Positions 1-13,370 of a stretch of DNA of 64,000 nt are shown one piece after another (positions within the stretch are counted from its first letter, which is position 1; each line of letters begins with the position of its first letter). Source of the DNA: Camelus dromedarius. Its lineage: Eukaryota. Location: contig NC_087437.1 of NCBI RefSeq assembly GCF_036321535.1, positions 82,524,001-82,588,000 of the forward strand, read 5' to 3'. The notes under the pieces were generated by a model that did no database searches, was not told the origin of the DNA, and worked only from the letters and a program-made list of their open reading frames with translations. The translations under genes were made by a program, and so were the position numbers.

Positions 1-79
1 CACAATACAGAGGAGCTGGGGATGGGTGCACAAAAAGAAACCATAAAAGGATTCTGAGGGGATCTAGACAGATAATTGA

Positions 80-160
80 CAGTGTTCTCATCACATGCCA
101 TTTTACTCTGGAACGACGTATGACCTCAAATGTCAGTTGTGCTGAGGTTGAGAAGCTCTG
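80..160 (+). mobile_element. MER20-like hAT-Charlie DNA transposon remnant, internally deleted
   Basis: Starts CAGTGTTCTCA and ends AAATGTCAGTTGTGCTGAGGTTGAGAAGCTCTG, resembling MER20 termini. Confidence 0.5.
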
Positions 161-1469
161 CAGATTATGTGAATGGATCAACCAGTGAAACAATCAACCA
201 CTCAAAATCTTACTATTGGAGACAATTCCCATATTTCATTTGACAGGAAAAAAAAAAACTATTCCCTGATATATATTAGGCTGTTTTTTTATGTGAAGAT
301 TTCATTTCTTTACTCTAGAAATAAGTATCAGTTAGGGTCCCTGAGCTATAAGAAACTTCTCTGTTGCTGAGTTTTTCAGAATTTTTTTTTTCAAACAATC
401 TGAGAGTTAAAAAAAAAAAAAATTGGGAGGTGGGGAAATGGGATCCTGTTCAGTTCTATGTTTTTCTGGAATGAAGCAGTAAGAGTATGATTAACGTCTT
501 GCTGACTGTTTAACTGCCAACGTTGCCACCTGCTGTCTTGAGGCAAAGAAAACCTTGTTGGCATCCTTGTGCTTGGTGAGAAAACCAAGGGATGATGAAT
601 AGCTTGTCCCCAAAATCAAACACAGTGCACAGCAGTGTCTGGCACAAGATGAAGTGTTTGCTAAGGAAATAGAATGGCAAGTTGAAGCTCCCAGACCATT
701 GATCAAATTTGTTTGTAGCCAACAATCAGTGTTTTGCTTTTGGCTGCTAGAATCTCACTACCCTTCCTGGTTCAAAAAGAAGCCAAGTACCCTTCATCTG
801 TTTATACAGGCTGTGTGTAACTATAAACAGAACTGTACAAAGTCATTCCTTTGGAGCCCAGGCATTCATGTACTTCCCCTGTCTCTAAGCCAAGAAATGA
901 ATGTGTTCACTGTTTTTTTATTGCCCTGTGGGAGCTTGCTACAGATTTACTAGTGGTATGACTTAACCTATATTTCCAACCTGCAGATGGAAGAAAGTTT
1001 AAAACCAGTAGTTCCTGTTCTTAATAATAGAAATGAGGACTTCTCTGACCCTATTCATGAATGCAAAAAGACCTCTCCATAGACTCATCAATTTCACTTT
1101 ACCGACTTAGCTGAAAAATAGATTAGTCCACAGAGTGTGTAGCCACACTTTGTAAGGCCCATCTTAGTGGATGTAGGAAAACTCAGCATTTGTAGTTGTT
1201 AAATAGAAAAAGGCTAGTATCAGTAAGGGAGAATATGTCTCCATTGTAACTCCTTCCATGAAAGTCTCAAAATAAAGGCTATTCAGAAGAGTTTGAATCC
1301 ACCTATTAATATGATAGGTATTACATCATTTTTGCAGTGGTATCTGGTCCTTCTAGGTGACTGATCAGTTCTTTTGTGCCAAATCTATATATTTACATAC
1401 TTTTACTGCAATTACCATACTGTTTTATTATTACTATTATTTATTGAAATGTCTTTTTTAAAAAAAATT

Positions 1470-1582
1470 TAGACCCTTGAAAGTAGTGACTTCCATCTTA
1501 CTCATTTGCTTTGCTGTAGCCCCTACCATAGTATGCATATAATCTCAGTAAGCATATATTAGATGAGTGAATTAATAAATGA
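1470..1582 (+). mobile_element. L2 3' end fragment
   Basis: CCCTTGAAAGTAGTGAC...CTCAGTAAGCATATATTAGATGAGTGAAT resembles the L2 terminus. Confidence 0.55.
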
Positions 1583-1631
1583 GAACTATAAAGCAAAAAA
1601 ATGAAGTTAATTCTCAAATTTCTTTACTGCC

Positions 1632-2148
1632 TGTAGTAGATAGAATTCTAAGATGACCCCCCCCCATGTGGTACCCTTATTTAATCTCCCCTCTAGTGTG
1701 GATGGGACCTATGAAGGTGATGAGATATCACTCCTGTGATTATGTTATGTAATATAGCAAAAGAGATTTCTGAAGATGCAATTAAGATGAGTAAATTTAA
1801 TTTACAGATTTAAATACTGCACATTTTGGTTTTAATTACTGAAAATTTTACAGATGTATTTAAGTTTACTGAGCAACTGATTCTGATTAATCAAAACAAA
1901 GGGGATCTGAGTGGGCCTGATATTACATGGGCCTTATAAACTTGAGTCTAGAGGTAGGAGATAGGAGTTAGAAACTGGAAGCAGCAGAGACCTTGTTTTG
2001 CTGGCATTGAATGAGCAACTGTCCTGTTATAGAGAGGAGCATGTGTTGGGACAGGGTGAACATCCTCCAGAATCTGAGATCAGTCTTCCTTGACATCAAT
2101 CAAGGACACAAAGGCCTTAGTCTTACAATAGCAGGAAACTGAATTCTG
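1632..2148 (+). mobile_element. MLT1E-like MaLR solo LTR
   Basis: TGTAGTAGATAGAATTCTAAGATGACCCC start, GATATCACTCCTGTGATTATGTTA and GCAGGAAACTGAATTCTGC motifs typical of MLT1E. Confidence 0.75.
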
Positions 2149-2149
2149 C

Positions 2150-2252
2150 ACAAGGGCTGGGAATTTGCATGTTTTGTTCATTGACATGTCCTCAGAGCCA
2201 AGAACAGTGACTGCCACATAGTAGACTTTTCATAAATATTTGCTGAATGAAT
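2150..2252 (+). mobile_element. L2 3' end fragment
   Basis: TTTTGTTCATTG...AGAACAGTGACTGCCACATAGTAG...ATAAATATTTGCTGAATGAAT. Confidence 0.75.
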
Positions 2253-2464
2253 TCAGTTTTTTAACTGAATTGCTTGTTATATACTATTGCTGTACTAACT
2301 GTAGTTGTAAGGAAAGTGTAAAGTAGAATCATTTTCCTTAAGTAATTTACATTGTTATTTTTCCTATGAAATATAGATTAACACATAGAAAAGGACAATC
2401 TGAACAACACTGCCTTCCTTCCCCCAGTAGACTGTTGAGTGCTATAGAAGGAATATCATGAGCA

Positions 2465-2665
2465 TTACTGAGAGACAAACTTGAGTTTGTATCCAGGTGA
2501 GTGACTTACTGGCTGGCATTACATGGACAACCCCAGTTCCTCATCTGTTGATAGAGATTAATAATAACTACTTTGTAGAGTTGTTGCAAGGTTTAGAAGC
2601 AATATATATGCATATATACATATATACACACACACGTGGGGTGTTCAATAAATAATAACGTTATT
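2465..2665 (+). mobile_element. MIR SINE
   Basis: Core CCCCAGTTCCTCATCTGT...ATAATAACTACTTTGTAGAGTTGTTGCAAGGTTTA. Confidence 0.7.
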
Positions 2666-3264
2666 TTTGGACTGATTTAATTACTTCTGATACTTTATTC
2701 TTCATATTTTCTCATCCTCTGAAATAAAATCAATTTTTATTGTGAATAGGCATTGATTCATTTTGTAAATGTTTATATATGTATTGTTTTAGATCCATAC
2801 CTTAAAGGTTTTCTTCATAATAGATGCCTGAAGGGATGTGCCCACCTGGAACCTGCATCTACCTTTGAGATCACATTCAAGGTAGCTGGAATCCAGATTG
2901 CAGTATTTCTGGTCCAAATGAGCCTAAGTCCACTTCCAAGGACTACATGGTCATTTACTCTGGGTTGGTCCTACACGAGACCACTTCCAACTCCATGGAA
3001 GCCACTTCGCAAACACTTTTCTCCCTCGGAGTTTGCTGATGTTTTCTCTGGTGGAACACCTTCCTAGCTTTCACGTTGCCTGATCTGCCAATCAGAATGA
3101 ATTGCTTATTCCTCAGCTACCCCTGTACTGTATCTCTGTGTTGTGTTTTGGCTACCTAGATTATAAGCTTAAGGCAAGCAAGTTCTCCTTGTTCATGTTG
3201 ATGTTCTCTACAGTTACAAATTTCAGGCAGCCAGGAAACATCTGGCAAATGAAAGAATGGAAAT

Positions 3265-3350
3265 TTTCTGAGCCTTAGTTTCTCACCTCTAAAAAGCAGA
3301 GTGTTACATAGATTGTCTTTGAGGTTATTTCCAGATCTAGCATTTTATAG
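3265..3350 (+). mobile_element. MIR3-like fragment
   Basis: TCTGAGCCTTAGTTTCTCACCTCTAAAA...GAGGTTATTTCCAGATCTAGCATT. Confidence 0.55.
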
Positions 3351-3409
3351 TCCTGTATATGAAAATCTTGTAAAATTCCAGTGACCAGAAGAACAATATT
3401 GAAATGCAT

Positions 3410-5490
3410 AGCATAATTGACTTCTAGAAACCATTTAGTCTAGGAAAGTGGGAGTAGATGTAGGAGTCCCACCTACAACATCCTGGAAAGACAATCACCC
3501 AGCCTGACTTGAAGATACTCAGGAAAAAGGAGTTCACCACCTTCTAAGTCAGCATTTTACTTTGTTTCTCCTTGAAATGAGAATGATCAGACAGTTTTTC
3601 CTTATATGGAGTCTAATGCAAGTATTTTTTATCTAGACCAAACATTTCCAATTTTGTGTTGCTCTTGTGACAGGGCATCCAGACACTTTCCCTTTCTTGT
3701 GGTACTTCACTGAGCACATTCCAGTCGCTAACTCCACTTCCAAATGTTGTATGACCAGTACTGAAAACAATGGAGTTAGGAATGCCCTTGTCTAGGTGCT
3801 TTTGTCATCTGTGAAAACATCCTAGTGTAACAGTTTCACTATGTTGTTTTTGTTTGCAAGGGCAATATACTGTTGGCTTATATTAAGTTTATAGTCAAGT
3901 AAGCCCTCTAGATTTTGTTCATAGAAATTGCTGTTAAGCCAGGTGTCTCTTATCCTGTGAGATGATCTTGGAACCCAATAATATCTTGTTGGGTGCAGCC
4001 CAGTATTTCAACCTGTCGTAATATTTTTAAAACTTGATTCAGTCATCTATCATATTAACCATGCTTTGCGTTGGCTGTAGATGTGATAAGCTGGCTCTCT
4101 TCTCTTCATTTAAATTATTAGTAAAAGTGTTGATTGAATACAAGAGACCTAAGTATAAAACCCTGTAGCCTGTCACCAGAACAGTTTCCCAAATTATATT
4201 CAACAAGATTCTAGTTCTATGAGATGCTAAAATTAAAAAAGGAAAAATTTTTCATGATCAGGTAAGTCTGAGAAACACCACATGCTTTATGCCCTTTCTT
4301 GGGAAGTCCCATTTCATGTTGTACATTGTAAAGTGCAATAATGAAAAGTCCTGCTTAACTTCAATTAATCCAACATTTCCCAAGCTTATTTACGTGAGGG
4401 AACCTGCTTGGTAGTTTTTGTTTGGGTTGGTTGGCTGGTTGGCTGGTTGGTTGGTTGGTTGGTTGATTGGTTTTAACATCCTGCCATATTCCTTGTTCAT
4501 GGAAAATACTTTAAGATACACTCCTTTACAGCCCCAATAACATGCTTTAGAATTTTACCATGAAGGACTCAAACCAGTAGGTATGTAGTTTCAAAATTTT
4601 ATTTTACCTTTATGAGATTTAGGATGAGGCTTTTCCCCCTCTATACTAGTAAATATGATTCCTTAAAGATTGTATGATTGAAAGTTGTTTTAATACTCTG
4701 GGCTACATAGATCGCCCCATTAATGTATTTTTCTTAGTCTATCTTTGTGCCTCATTTTTCTTTTTTATGTTTCTTCTTTTTTCAGCTTGAAAGTAATTTC
4801 TCTTGATACAAAAGTTGGAAGCAAAACAGTAATAAGGGTTTAGTTTTTTGCAAACATTACTCTGTCTCACCCACATGGACTTGACTCTTCATGTTCTCAA
4901 GCTGGGAAGAGCAAATTGTAATTTTTTTAAAAGGTTATTTAAGCTCTATATTCTTTTTTTTTTTTTTTTTGTACTCCACAGTTTTGGACTTTGACTCAGT
5001 TTTAACGAGTTTATGGCACTCTTCTTTTCATTTTTGGTTATACACTGTTTATTCTGTCTTTTGTACATGTCTTGTTAAAATATGATCTCATCCCAGACAG
5101 TACCTAAGGCTCCATTTTTTGTTTAGAAAACATAATCAATGACTGTATTATCAGAGTGTCATTATTACTCTTCCATCTCTCTGAAGCAGTCTTCCTTTTT
5201 AGAATCTCTGGCCATGTGGTCATACCTAATTTGTCTTATACTTTTTGAGATGTGCTTTCCTGAATTCCTGGGTGGATGTCTGGCTGTCTCCCAGCTTTCC
5301 TTTCCACAGCTTTATTATTAATTCCAAGAACATTGTTCACATTCTCCAAAGTTATTATCACTCCCATTGACTCAATCAGTCTGTCTTTGATGCAAAGAAT
5401 TAAGTTCAAAGTAGAAGTTCCTCTTGCTTATTTCTGGACTGATTGAGAACTGAAAATATTATCAAAACAATATCAAGTTAGTCAACTAAG
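3410..5490 (-). mobile_element. L3/CR1 LINE, long decayed copy interrupted by MER103C
   Basis: Antisense CR1 motifs in order: CTACAACATCCTGG..CACCCAGCCTGACTTGAAGATACTC..GGAGTTCACCACCTT; GCTGTTAAGCCAGG; TGGCCATGTGGTCATACCTA; AGAATTAAGTTCAAAGTAGAAGTTCC. Confidence 0.7.
4182..4523. mobile_element. MER103C-like hAT-Charlie MITE containing a (GGTT/GGCT)n tract
   Basis: CAGTTTCCCAAA start, internal inverted segments (GTAAGTCTGAGAAAC / ATTTCCCAAGCTTATTT), CATGGAAAATACTTTAAGATACACT end; tetramer repeat at about 4425-4471. Confidence 0.65.
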
Positions 5491-5497
5491 ACTGATT

Positions 5498-6120
5498 TCC
5501 TCATTAAATATATAATAAGTGCCAACTATGTGCCAGGCAGAGTTCTTTCTGGAGGGAATATGGCAGAGAACAGGACAGAGAGAGAAGGCAGGAGACATAA
5601 TAAACAAACAACAACAACAAAATCAAAATAATCTCAGCTAATGATAGGTTATTTAAGTAAAATATCATAACACAATACAAAGTTATGGGTCAGGAGTGTA
5701 CCGGTTTAAATTAGGTGCTCATAAACGCCTCATTAAGGAAGTAACATATGAGCTGAGATCTGAGTGCCAAGAGGGATCCATACATAAAATATCTCTGATA
5801 GAATATTCCACATAGGGGAACAGCGAGTGTACTAGTACTAAAGTGTAGATATTCTAGGAAGAGGAAGAAAGCCAAAGGACTGAGCATAAGGAATAGGTGA
5901 TGGAGTGGTAGGAAACAAGGTGCAAGAAGTCAGCAGTAGGTGGAGAAACAAGTAGAGGTCAGATCACGTCCCTTTGAGGACAAGCTAAGTCGTGTTAGAA
6001 ATGACTCTGAAGTTTCAGTCATGGTGGCAACATGATCTGGTTTACATTTTAAAAAAATAACTCTTGAGTACAGGGTGAAAAGCAGATTTGGGCATGACTG
6101 AGCAAGACGGAAGTAAAATG
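5498..6120 (-). mobile_element. L2a fragment
   Basis: AAGTGCCAACTATGTGCCAGGCA; ATGAGCTGAGATCTGAG; ACATGATCTGGTTTACATTTTAAAA are antisense L2 3' region motifs. Confidence 0.8.
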
Positions 6121-7509
6121 CCCACAAGGGAACTATTGGAAACTTAAAGAACAGGAAACTGAGGTCCTCCTTGCCTCTATAGCTTAACTCTTTCATTTTT
6201 GTGATCTTGGACATGAATATGATATACATCTTCCCTGACTGACTGAACAGTGTCTGGCATACTCCTCAAACTAGATTAATTTTTCATCTGTCTCAGGTTT
6301 TTTTCCCATTAACAGTCTGTTCTTCACGTCTCTCTCATCTGGGTCAAGGCTTTTCACATAGTCCATGCTTTCTTGACCTCTGATACTATGCTATTACCCC
6401 ATCTCTCAGACTTATTTTTTCCTTTGAACCAGACTAATAGTCTGGATGCTCTATTTGTGTTAAAAAAATGTTATAAATGATACTCTTGGAGTTATGCCAT
6501 GCAGAGGCCCTGAACATTGGCTAAAACATATTTCAACCATGAGTCATGCACCATGTCCTACTCGTATTTTATATTTTGAAGGGATTCTCATGAATTTCTC
6601 AAAATTATTAAGATGTTTCCATTTTAATAATTGTGTTTTGGATATGAGGAAGGAAAGAAACTATTACTTAAAGAAGTCTGGGGAAGAAATAACATATCTG
6701 GGTTCCTTATTCAAATTAGCTAACCAATTTGGTATGGCAAAACACTTCAAGTGAATCATACAACTTCAATAAAGGAAAATCTGGTCACTAGGCAATAAAC
6801 ACTTGTTTCAGATCAGACACTGCTTTGAACCAGCCAAAGCTAATCAGGTTTTCTATGAACACATTAGTTAAGCACTAGATTTCCAGGCTCATTCTCTCTT
6901 GCTCCATTGCTCCACTGTCCATAGAATAATACTGAACCTACACAAGAGTCACTGTCCCTTTATGCTTATTTGACTCTAGAAACCACTGAAACAGAACTAG
7001 GGGGTCAAGTTCATTTACTTTTCTCCACTGTGTCTGGGTTCAGGATCATAGTATCAATGAGTCTTTCCTGCTAACCAGTCACTTCAGTTTCTCACCAGAA
7101 GTCACCATTCTGTTACTAGATGAAGGCAATGGTAATTCTCCAGACTGCCTGGGACACTATTACTGAATGGAATTTCACAGCTATAATGGGGAAGAGAAGA
7201 AAATGTTCTCTGCTGTTTCCAGTAACATTTTAAAAAAGGAATTTACATGTCCGTAAAATAAGCAATCCTAAGACAGCCATCTCTATGGTGTATCAGTAAA
7301 AGAATTAATGGCATTACATCACCACACACATTTTTTATGTACAAAATAGAGGGATTATGAATTCTAAGGGTAAAGCCCAAAAGTGTTCTGTGATTTACAT
7401 CAATCCACTATTATTATGGGTCAAGAAGTAAGAATGTTGATATACTGTTGAAGGTTTTTTTCTGGGTGTTCTTGGATCCTGACTCAACTACAGTACAAAA
7501 ATAATAGCA

Positions 7510-8060
7510 TTGAGACTTGAGTTCCATTTCAGGTACTGTCACCAGAAAACTGTGAGAGCTTGGATAGGTAACATCTCTTTGGGACTCAGTTTTCTCATTT
7601 AGAAGGAAATCCTACCATTTGTGACAACATGGATGACCTTGAAGGCATTATGCTAAGTAAAATGTCAGATAGAGAAAGAAAAATACTGTATGATCTCAAT
7701 TCTATGTGCTTGCCAAGGGGTGGGGAAAATGGGGAGATGTTGGTCAGAGGGTACAGTTTTTCGGTTATAAGGTGAATAAGTTCTGGACATCTAATGTACA
7801 GAGGGCTGTCTATGTATAAGAGAGTAGATCTTACGTGCTCTCACCACACACAAAAAATAACCAGATAAGGTGATGGATGTGTTAACTAACCTGCGATAAT
7901 CATTTCACAATATATGCATATCAAATCAACATGTTGTACACCTTAAATTTGCACATTATTTGTCAATCATATTTCAATAAACCGGGAAAAAACTTAAATA
8001 AGATAGAGGTAATGCATTGGAAAATGAGCCAAAATATCACTTCCATTCTAAAGTTACATT
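7510..8060 (+). mobile_element. MIR-family SINE split by an L1 insertion
   Basis: GGACTCAGTTTTCTCATTT before 7600 and CTTCCATTCTAAA after 7991. Confidence 0.5.
7601..7991 (+). mobile_element. L1MA9-like 3' end (5'-truncated LINE-1)
   Basis: GGAAATCCTACCATTTGTGACAACATGGATGACCTTGAAGGCATTATGCTAAG...GTTGTACACCTTAAA...TCAATAAA plus A-tail. Confidence 0.85.
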
Positions 8061-9087
8061 TTCTTCTATCAAGATTTTTCATTAAGACAAAAATATAATG
8101 AAAGTCATTTTGTGTATAGTTTCTCCTTTTTTTCCTCCTGGCACAGTGGAGGTCCCACAGTGTGAAATGAAAACCTTGGCTTCTACTGAGCTTCTTTCTT
8201 TAAAATTAGAATTTGGTCCCTTGTTCCATGTTTAGCTCTGTTTTCTTGTCTGACCGAAAAGTGCTCTTCTCTCTCCAGCATTCCAGCATGTCATACATCA
8301 AAAGGCCAGGGGTAGGGGGATGGGGGATCAGGAACATCTGGAAGAGGGAGCAAAAGATAGATGATTACTTGTAACTCATGCAGGAAAAGCTAGATTTAGA
8401 TATTCCTCTGTGTCCAAACTTCAGCTGTCACGAACCAACTGTAAACTAGATAAAGAAAGGATGTTATTTTTGAGTTTAGATTTAGGGAATGAAATACAGG
8501 TTAACACTTGGGGGCTACAAATTTTCCATCATATAATCTTTACATATTCAGAAGGAGGGCAGTTTCTGAGAGTGGACCTATGAAATTTATCAGTGAGAAG
8601 AAAAGAGCAAATGAATAGTAGACAAAAGCTTTATTCATACCTGAGTTTGGGGAATTATCCAGTCTATAATATCCACCTTCAACCACAGTCATCTTTGCCA
8701 TGTACTTATCTGATCATACACATTTCAAAGTGATATAGCTTTCATTAAATTCGTATTGTATGTAGGAAATCATGATTTCCCCTCACTTAGCTAGAAAACA
8801 GTGCCTCATTTAAAAGGTGAAGTATAGATAAAATAATTTGTGAGTAATATGTATGATTGGGAAACAGATAACTTGGATATGAAATTACTAAATCTGTTCA
8901 TAAAATGGCACAGTTTTTCACATATTTTAATAAATTTTATACTGTAATAAGACAAATAGACAGGACTGATATTTTATAGTTTATGTGGGTGATTTCCTAT
9001 ACTATCATGCTATTTTGTGTGTGTGTGTACACACATATATATCTGGAAGTTAGGCAGAATCATTGAGATAGTAGGTTGAGATACATA

Positions 9088-9728
9088 CAATTGATTCTCA
9101 TTATTCATGATAGTTATGTTCTATAAAGTAGCCACAAAACCTGAATTTGTGATTGCTGAACCATTGTTCCTAGGAGAAATACTAGATGGGGTTCCTGTGA
9201 TCCTCTGGTCATAACATTTTTGTTAACCAGTCAATACTTAAACTTGTTTAATATGTGTTTCTGTTTAAATACATCTTATTAAACATGCATTATTGTTTCA
9301 TTAACATTGAGTTTAGGCAACTAACACTGTCAGCCATGCCTGGGCAGAGCTTATCTAACACACATATTTTCTCCACAATGCACGTCAGTCCTCTTGCACT
9401 TAGGAACACCCAGGAGCAGTTCAACATGATGCTCAGGGGTCATTTAAACAGCAAAATTACCAAGAAAAACACAAAATAATGAAAAACATGACACTAAATA
9501 GACCACAAAAAGGGCACTCATTTATAGTAGGAGAACTGAAACAAGAAGGCAGTGTTGCTATGTTCAGTCTCAGCTGGGAATGTGTATGTTGAGTGACTCA
9601 AAATTTTCATCACTTTGCATGTCCATGAATGACAATTAAAGTGCTATGAATCTTGGTTTAGGGTTGACAAATTTTAGTGAGTAGGCACGTTTGCAAATGA
9701 AGAATCTGTGAATGATGAGGATCGACTG
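9088..9728 (+). mobile_element. MER82 (TcMar-Tigger) non-autonomous DNA transposon, near full length
   Basis: Terminal inverted repeats CAATTGATTCTCATTATTCA and TGAATGATGAGGATCGACTG (16/20 match), preceded by TA; internal sequence matches the recalled MER82 consensus. Confidence 0.88.
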
Positions 9729-9858
9729 TGTATGTATGTGTATGTGTGTATATATATATGTATATATATATTTGAATGTAGGGAGCATAGAGGGTACAGA
9801 TCCCAACTTGTGACATTCACTCCCTCAACCTTAGGCAACACTGGTGCTCTTTTGAATA

Positions 9859-10333
9859 TGTGCCTAGTCCAATTAGCTATTGGTGCCTAACAAGTCACCC
9901 AAAACTTAATAGCTCAAATAACATCAAAAATTTGCTCACAAATATAGAATTTTGCAGGGTCTGTTGAGAACGACTCATCTTTGCTCCACAAGGCATCTAC
10001 TGGAGCCTGAAAGATCCACTGTTAAGGTGACTTAACTCTTATGACTAGCAAGTTGGTCTGACTGTTAACTTGGAACCGCTTCAGACCATGAGCCAGAGCC
10101 TTTTGGTTCATCTCCCTTTCGGCTCCTCATGAACTGACTGGGCTTCCTCTCTGCATGGTGGCTAGGTTCCAGGAGTAAGTGTTCTAAGAAATGGGAAATG
10201 GAAGTTACCAATTTTTTGACCTGGGCCTAGAAAATTGTGCAATATGATTTCTGGCATAGTCTATTGCTCAAGTAATTACAGAGACCCCTTGAATGTCAAA
10301 AGAATTTGGGGGCTATGTTTTAAAACTCCCACA
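9859..10333 (-). mobile_element. MLT1G/H-like MaLR solo LTR
   Basis: TAACAAGTCACCCAAAACTTAATAGCTCAAA; GGGCTTCCTCTCTGCATGGTGGCT; AAAGAATTTGGGGGCTATGTTTTAAAACTCCCACA. Confidence 0.75.
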
Positions 10334-10979
10334 AAGTCACTGATATTCCCAGTTAGCCTGAGCAACAAGCCATACTAGTCTGCTGATGATGATAATATTT
10401 ATTCCTTATGACCATCTCTGAGTATTACATTTCCCTTAATTACTTTCCTAGATCTGCTTGTTACTACAATTTACATAGCCTAAACCCAAATATCAAGACT
10501 GAAAGTGAGCCTTTTAGCAAGCCACCCCATCACTCAAAAGTTACTATGTACTCGGAAGTATCTCCAGCTTGGCTAGAGACAGGAACCTTGGACTCTAATT
10601 CAATGCAGATATGCTACTTTCCTATAGGAATGCTGAGAGGGGAGTAACTATGTTCTACCATCTCACTACAGGACATATGAATTTTTGATGTGCTCAATTT
10701 CCAGATGAGTTACAAAACCACAACCTACCCATTTAAAAAATTTAATCTTTGATATAAAGTTCCAAGCTACTCTAGAGTAAGGGGGAGAAATAGGAGGTTG
10801 ATGGAAACTCCAGTTAGGAAAGGCCTTGAGGTTTGAGAGACATTAACTCAGAATAAGCAAATCAAGATTGTAGGGTATTAGTGACGAAATAAATTACAGA
10901 AGGAAAGAAAATTAGGGAAACTGAGCAAGAGCCTCTGAGAATTTAGAATACAATAGAAAGAGGAGACAAGAGGAGAAAA

Positions 10980-11155
10980 GCACTGATTGAGAACTTTCTC
11001 TAAGCCAGGTCTGCTTTAAATATATTATTTAATCATTAAAGATAATCTTGTTATGTATTTCTACAACTTTTTTTTATGAATTAAAACACTGAAGTGAAGT
11101 TAAATGATTCACCGAAGACTACTTAGATTAAATTAGCAAGTGTTAGAATCTCAAG
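10980..11155 (-). mobile_element. MIR SINE
   Basis: ATTGAGAACTTTCTCTAAGCCAGG...ATTTAATC...ACTGAAGTGAAGTTAAATGATTCACC. Confidence 0.55.
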
Positions 11156-11789
11156 CTTAACAAGGTGAGACTGAGAAAAGTCCATGAATACAAAGGGTTT
11201 GGTCTTTGGAAGGGAAATCTCTTCTTCAGTTTCTTTTAGTAGGCAAATAATACACATAGGTATTGAGTAGGAGAGCTCTATTTTGGACCAGCTTGGGGAA
11301 TTTTCCCTTCATTGTGGCCCTTAATTTACAAGGCAGACTTCTGAAGAGAGGAATATTTTGCTGGCTTCATTTGCTCTAGAAAGCATTAAAGTCAAATTGA
11401 CCTAAAAAGTCTTCTTAAATAAGCTAGTATATGCACCAGAAATTTGAAAATGATAGAGTGTCATTCATTATTCTATTCTTTTAACTCTTGACATATAAAC
11501 TTTTAGTATTTGTGTTAAGTGCTTGCCCAAGATATGCTGTGACCAACAAGATGAAAAGAGAAAGAAAACTAGATGCGAATAGGAATCAGTTTCAAGTTAC
11601 CCTTTAGTTAGATGAGCAACAGGTCCACACATTTCTAACGTCTGTCATAGTAACTACTATGAAAATGTTCAAAGTTGACAGAGGCAAACTGGTGAGAGAC
11701 ATAAAATTTTGAGATGAGCTCTAGAGTTACAGTCACAGTCTGAGAAAGACTGGGATTTAAAGAGGCAAGGAATCCTTTAAGGCAGGCCT

Positions 11790-11978
11790 GAGTGGACACC
11801 ATGAAGACTTCGGAGTTATCCTTGGGTTCAAGCCCAAGTGAGCCCTACCCTACTGTTACCTAACTGTGTCTACTGCAGTTAATTGTTTAACTGAGTCTCA
11901 GTTTCTACTGCTGTAAATGTTGACATTTATATATACCTCACAGGACTTGAATGACATAATATTTGTAAAGCACCTGAT
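11790..11978 (+). mobile_element. MIR SINE
   Basis: TGGGTTCAAGCCC...CTGAGTCTCAGTTTC...TACCTCACAGG...TGTAAAGCACCT. Confidence 0.7.
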
Positions 11979-12741
11979 CATTTTATTTTACTTTGAAAAC
12001 ATATCTAGGCTGATTGACATGGACTTCTGAATAACAAATATCCTGTTTCTGAGGCTTCCTTTCTATGATTAGACTGGTTCCAATGAGAAACAGTGATTTT
12101 CTTCCCAAATTTACAGCTGCCATATGTTCTAGTCATTATCAAATGTGTGTGCATGGGGTATACCATTTATAGGATTTTTTCTGAAGTTTCCTTTAGGCTA
12201 GTTGGAATGCCACAGAATTTAAAAAACAGATGTTGTATACTTGAAAAACATAGCAGCCCTCAGGCTGTCTTCACATTTGTTTACATAAGGAAATGCATTA
12301 GCAAATTTTTAAAGAGAATATTTTGGAATTAGTTTCTGAACAATGAGTTGTTGGGTACATGGACATCTGTGATGTAAAATCTCCTGGCTTTGTTTCATAA
12401 AAAACATTATTGTTTGAAAGTTGTCATTTGGAGTTGAATTTAGAAACTTTCTTTCAGCAGCTACAGAAGTATACAAAGATTCTGAAAAGAGAAATATAAA
12501 ATAGATGTGTGATGCTCTTCTTTTGCACACACTTAGAATAATCATTTAATAGTTAAATCTAGAAGTAAAATGTCTGTGTTTCTTAATTTCATTTCCTGTT
12601 TTTTCCATTTGAACATCATTTCTTTCTCTGACTCACAGTCTGTTTATTGTAACTATTATTCTAAACTTCCTTCTACAGATCTCTTATTTAAATAATGAGA
12701 GCAGGTGTCCAATATTTTCCTTTAAGCAGGAATTCTTCCAT

Positions 12742-13370
12742 TTAATCATTTGTTTAACAGATAATTACTGGCAGCCAATTATGAGGGGCTAGCACCTCAT
12801 CAAGTTCTTTGAATATGAGGATGAGCAAAACCACTAGGGTCCCTACCTTGGGGGAGCTTAAAAATATTGGTAGAAATACAAATCACTGAAATGATTACCA
12901 GAAGTAATTCCATCTGTAATAGGTGATATGAATAATATTATATAAATAATAACTACAAGATGCTTTTGAGAGTATAGCAAAGGGAAGTCAGATGGTAAGA
13001 GATGGATCTGAAAGATGAATACGAGTCAGTTAGGTGAGGAGAGGACAGAACATTCTAGACGGAGGCATTGACCTAAAGGCATCAGAGCATTTTCAAGGAA
13101 CAGAATGCCCAACATGAGGCTGGATAGGGTTGTATTAAGGTTTTGATTTTTATCCAGAAAGCAAAAGAAAGCCTTGGAAAAGTTTTAGAAAGGGAGTGAA
13201 ATGAAGAGATTTGGATTTTTAAAAGTCATTGTGTCCAAGGTGGCAAAATGTAAAGGAGAAAAGTAAGAGAAAATGGAGGGAAATCAGAATGTTCTTGAAG
13301 TAAAGGAAGCTTAGATTACTGTGATGGAGAGAAGTAGACAGACTGAAGTGGTGAAGGGGAGGAAAAGAGT
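12742..13370 (-). mobile_element. L2 fragment
   Basis: TCATTTGTTTAACAGATAATTACTG; GGTCCCTACCTTGGGGAGCTTA; GGATCTGAAAGATGAATA; AGATTTGGATTTTTAAAAG. Confidence 0.7.

Noticed and set aside
2753..3067. 104-aa ORF and possible small exons
   Set aside because: No recognisable homology and weak donor sites.
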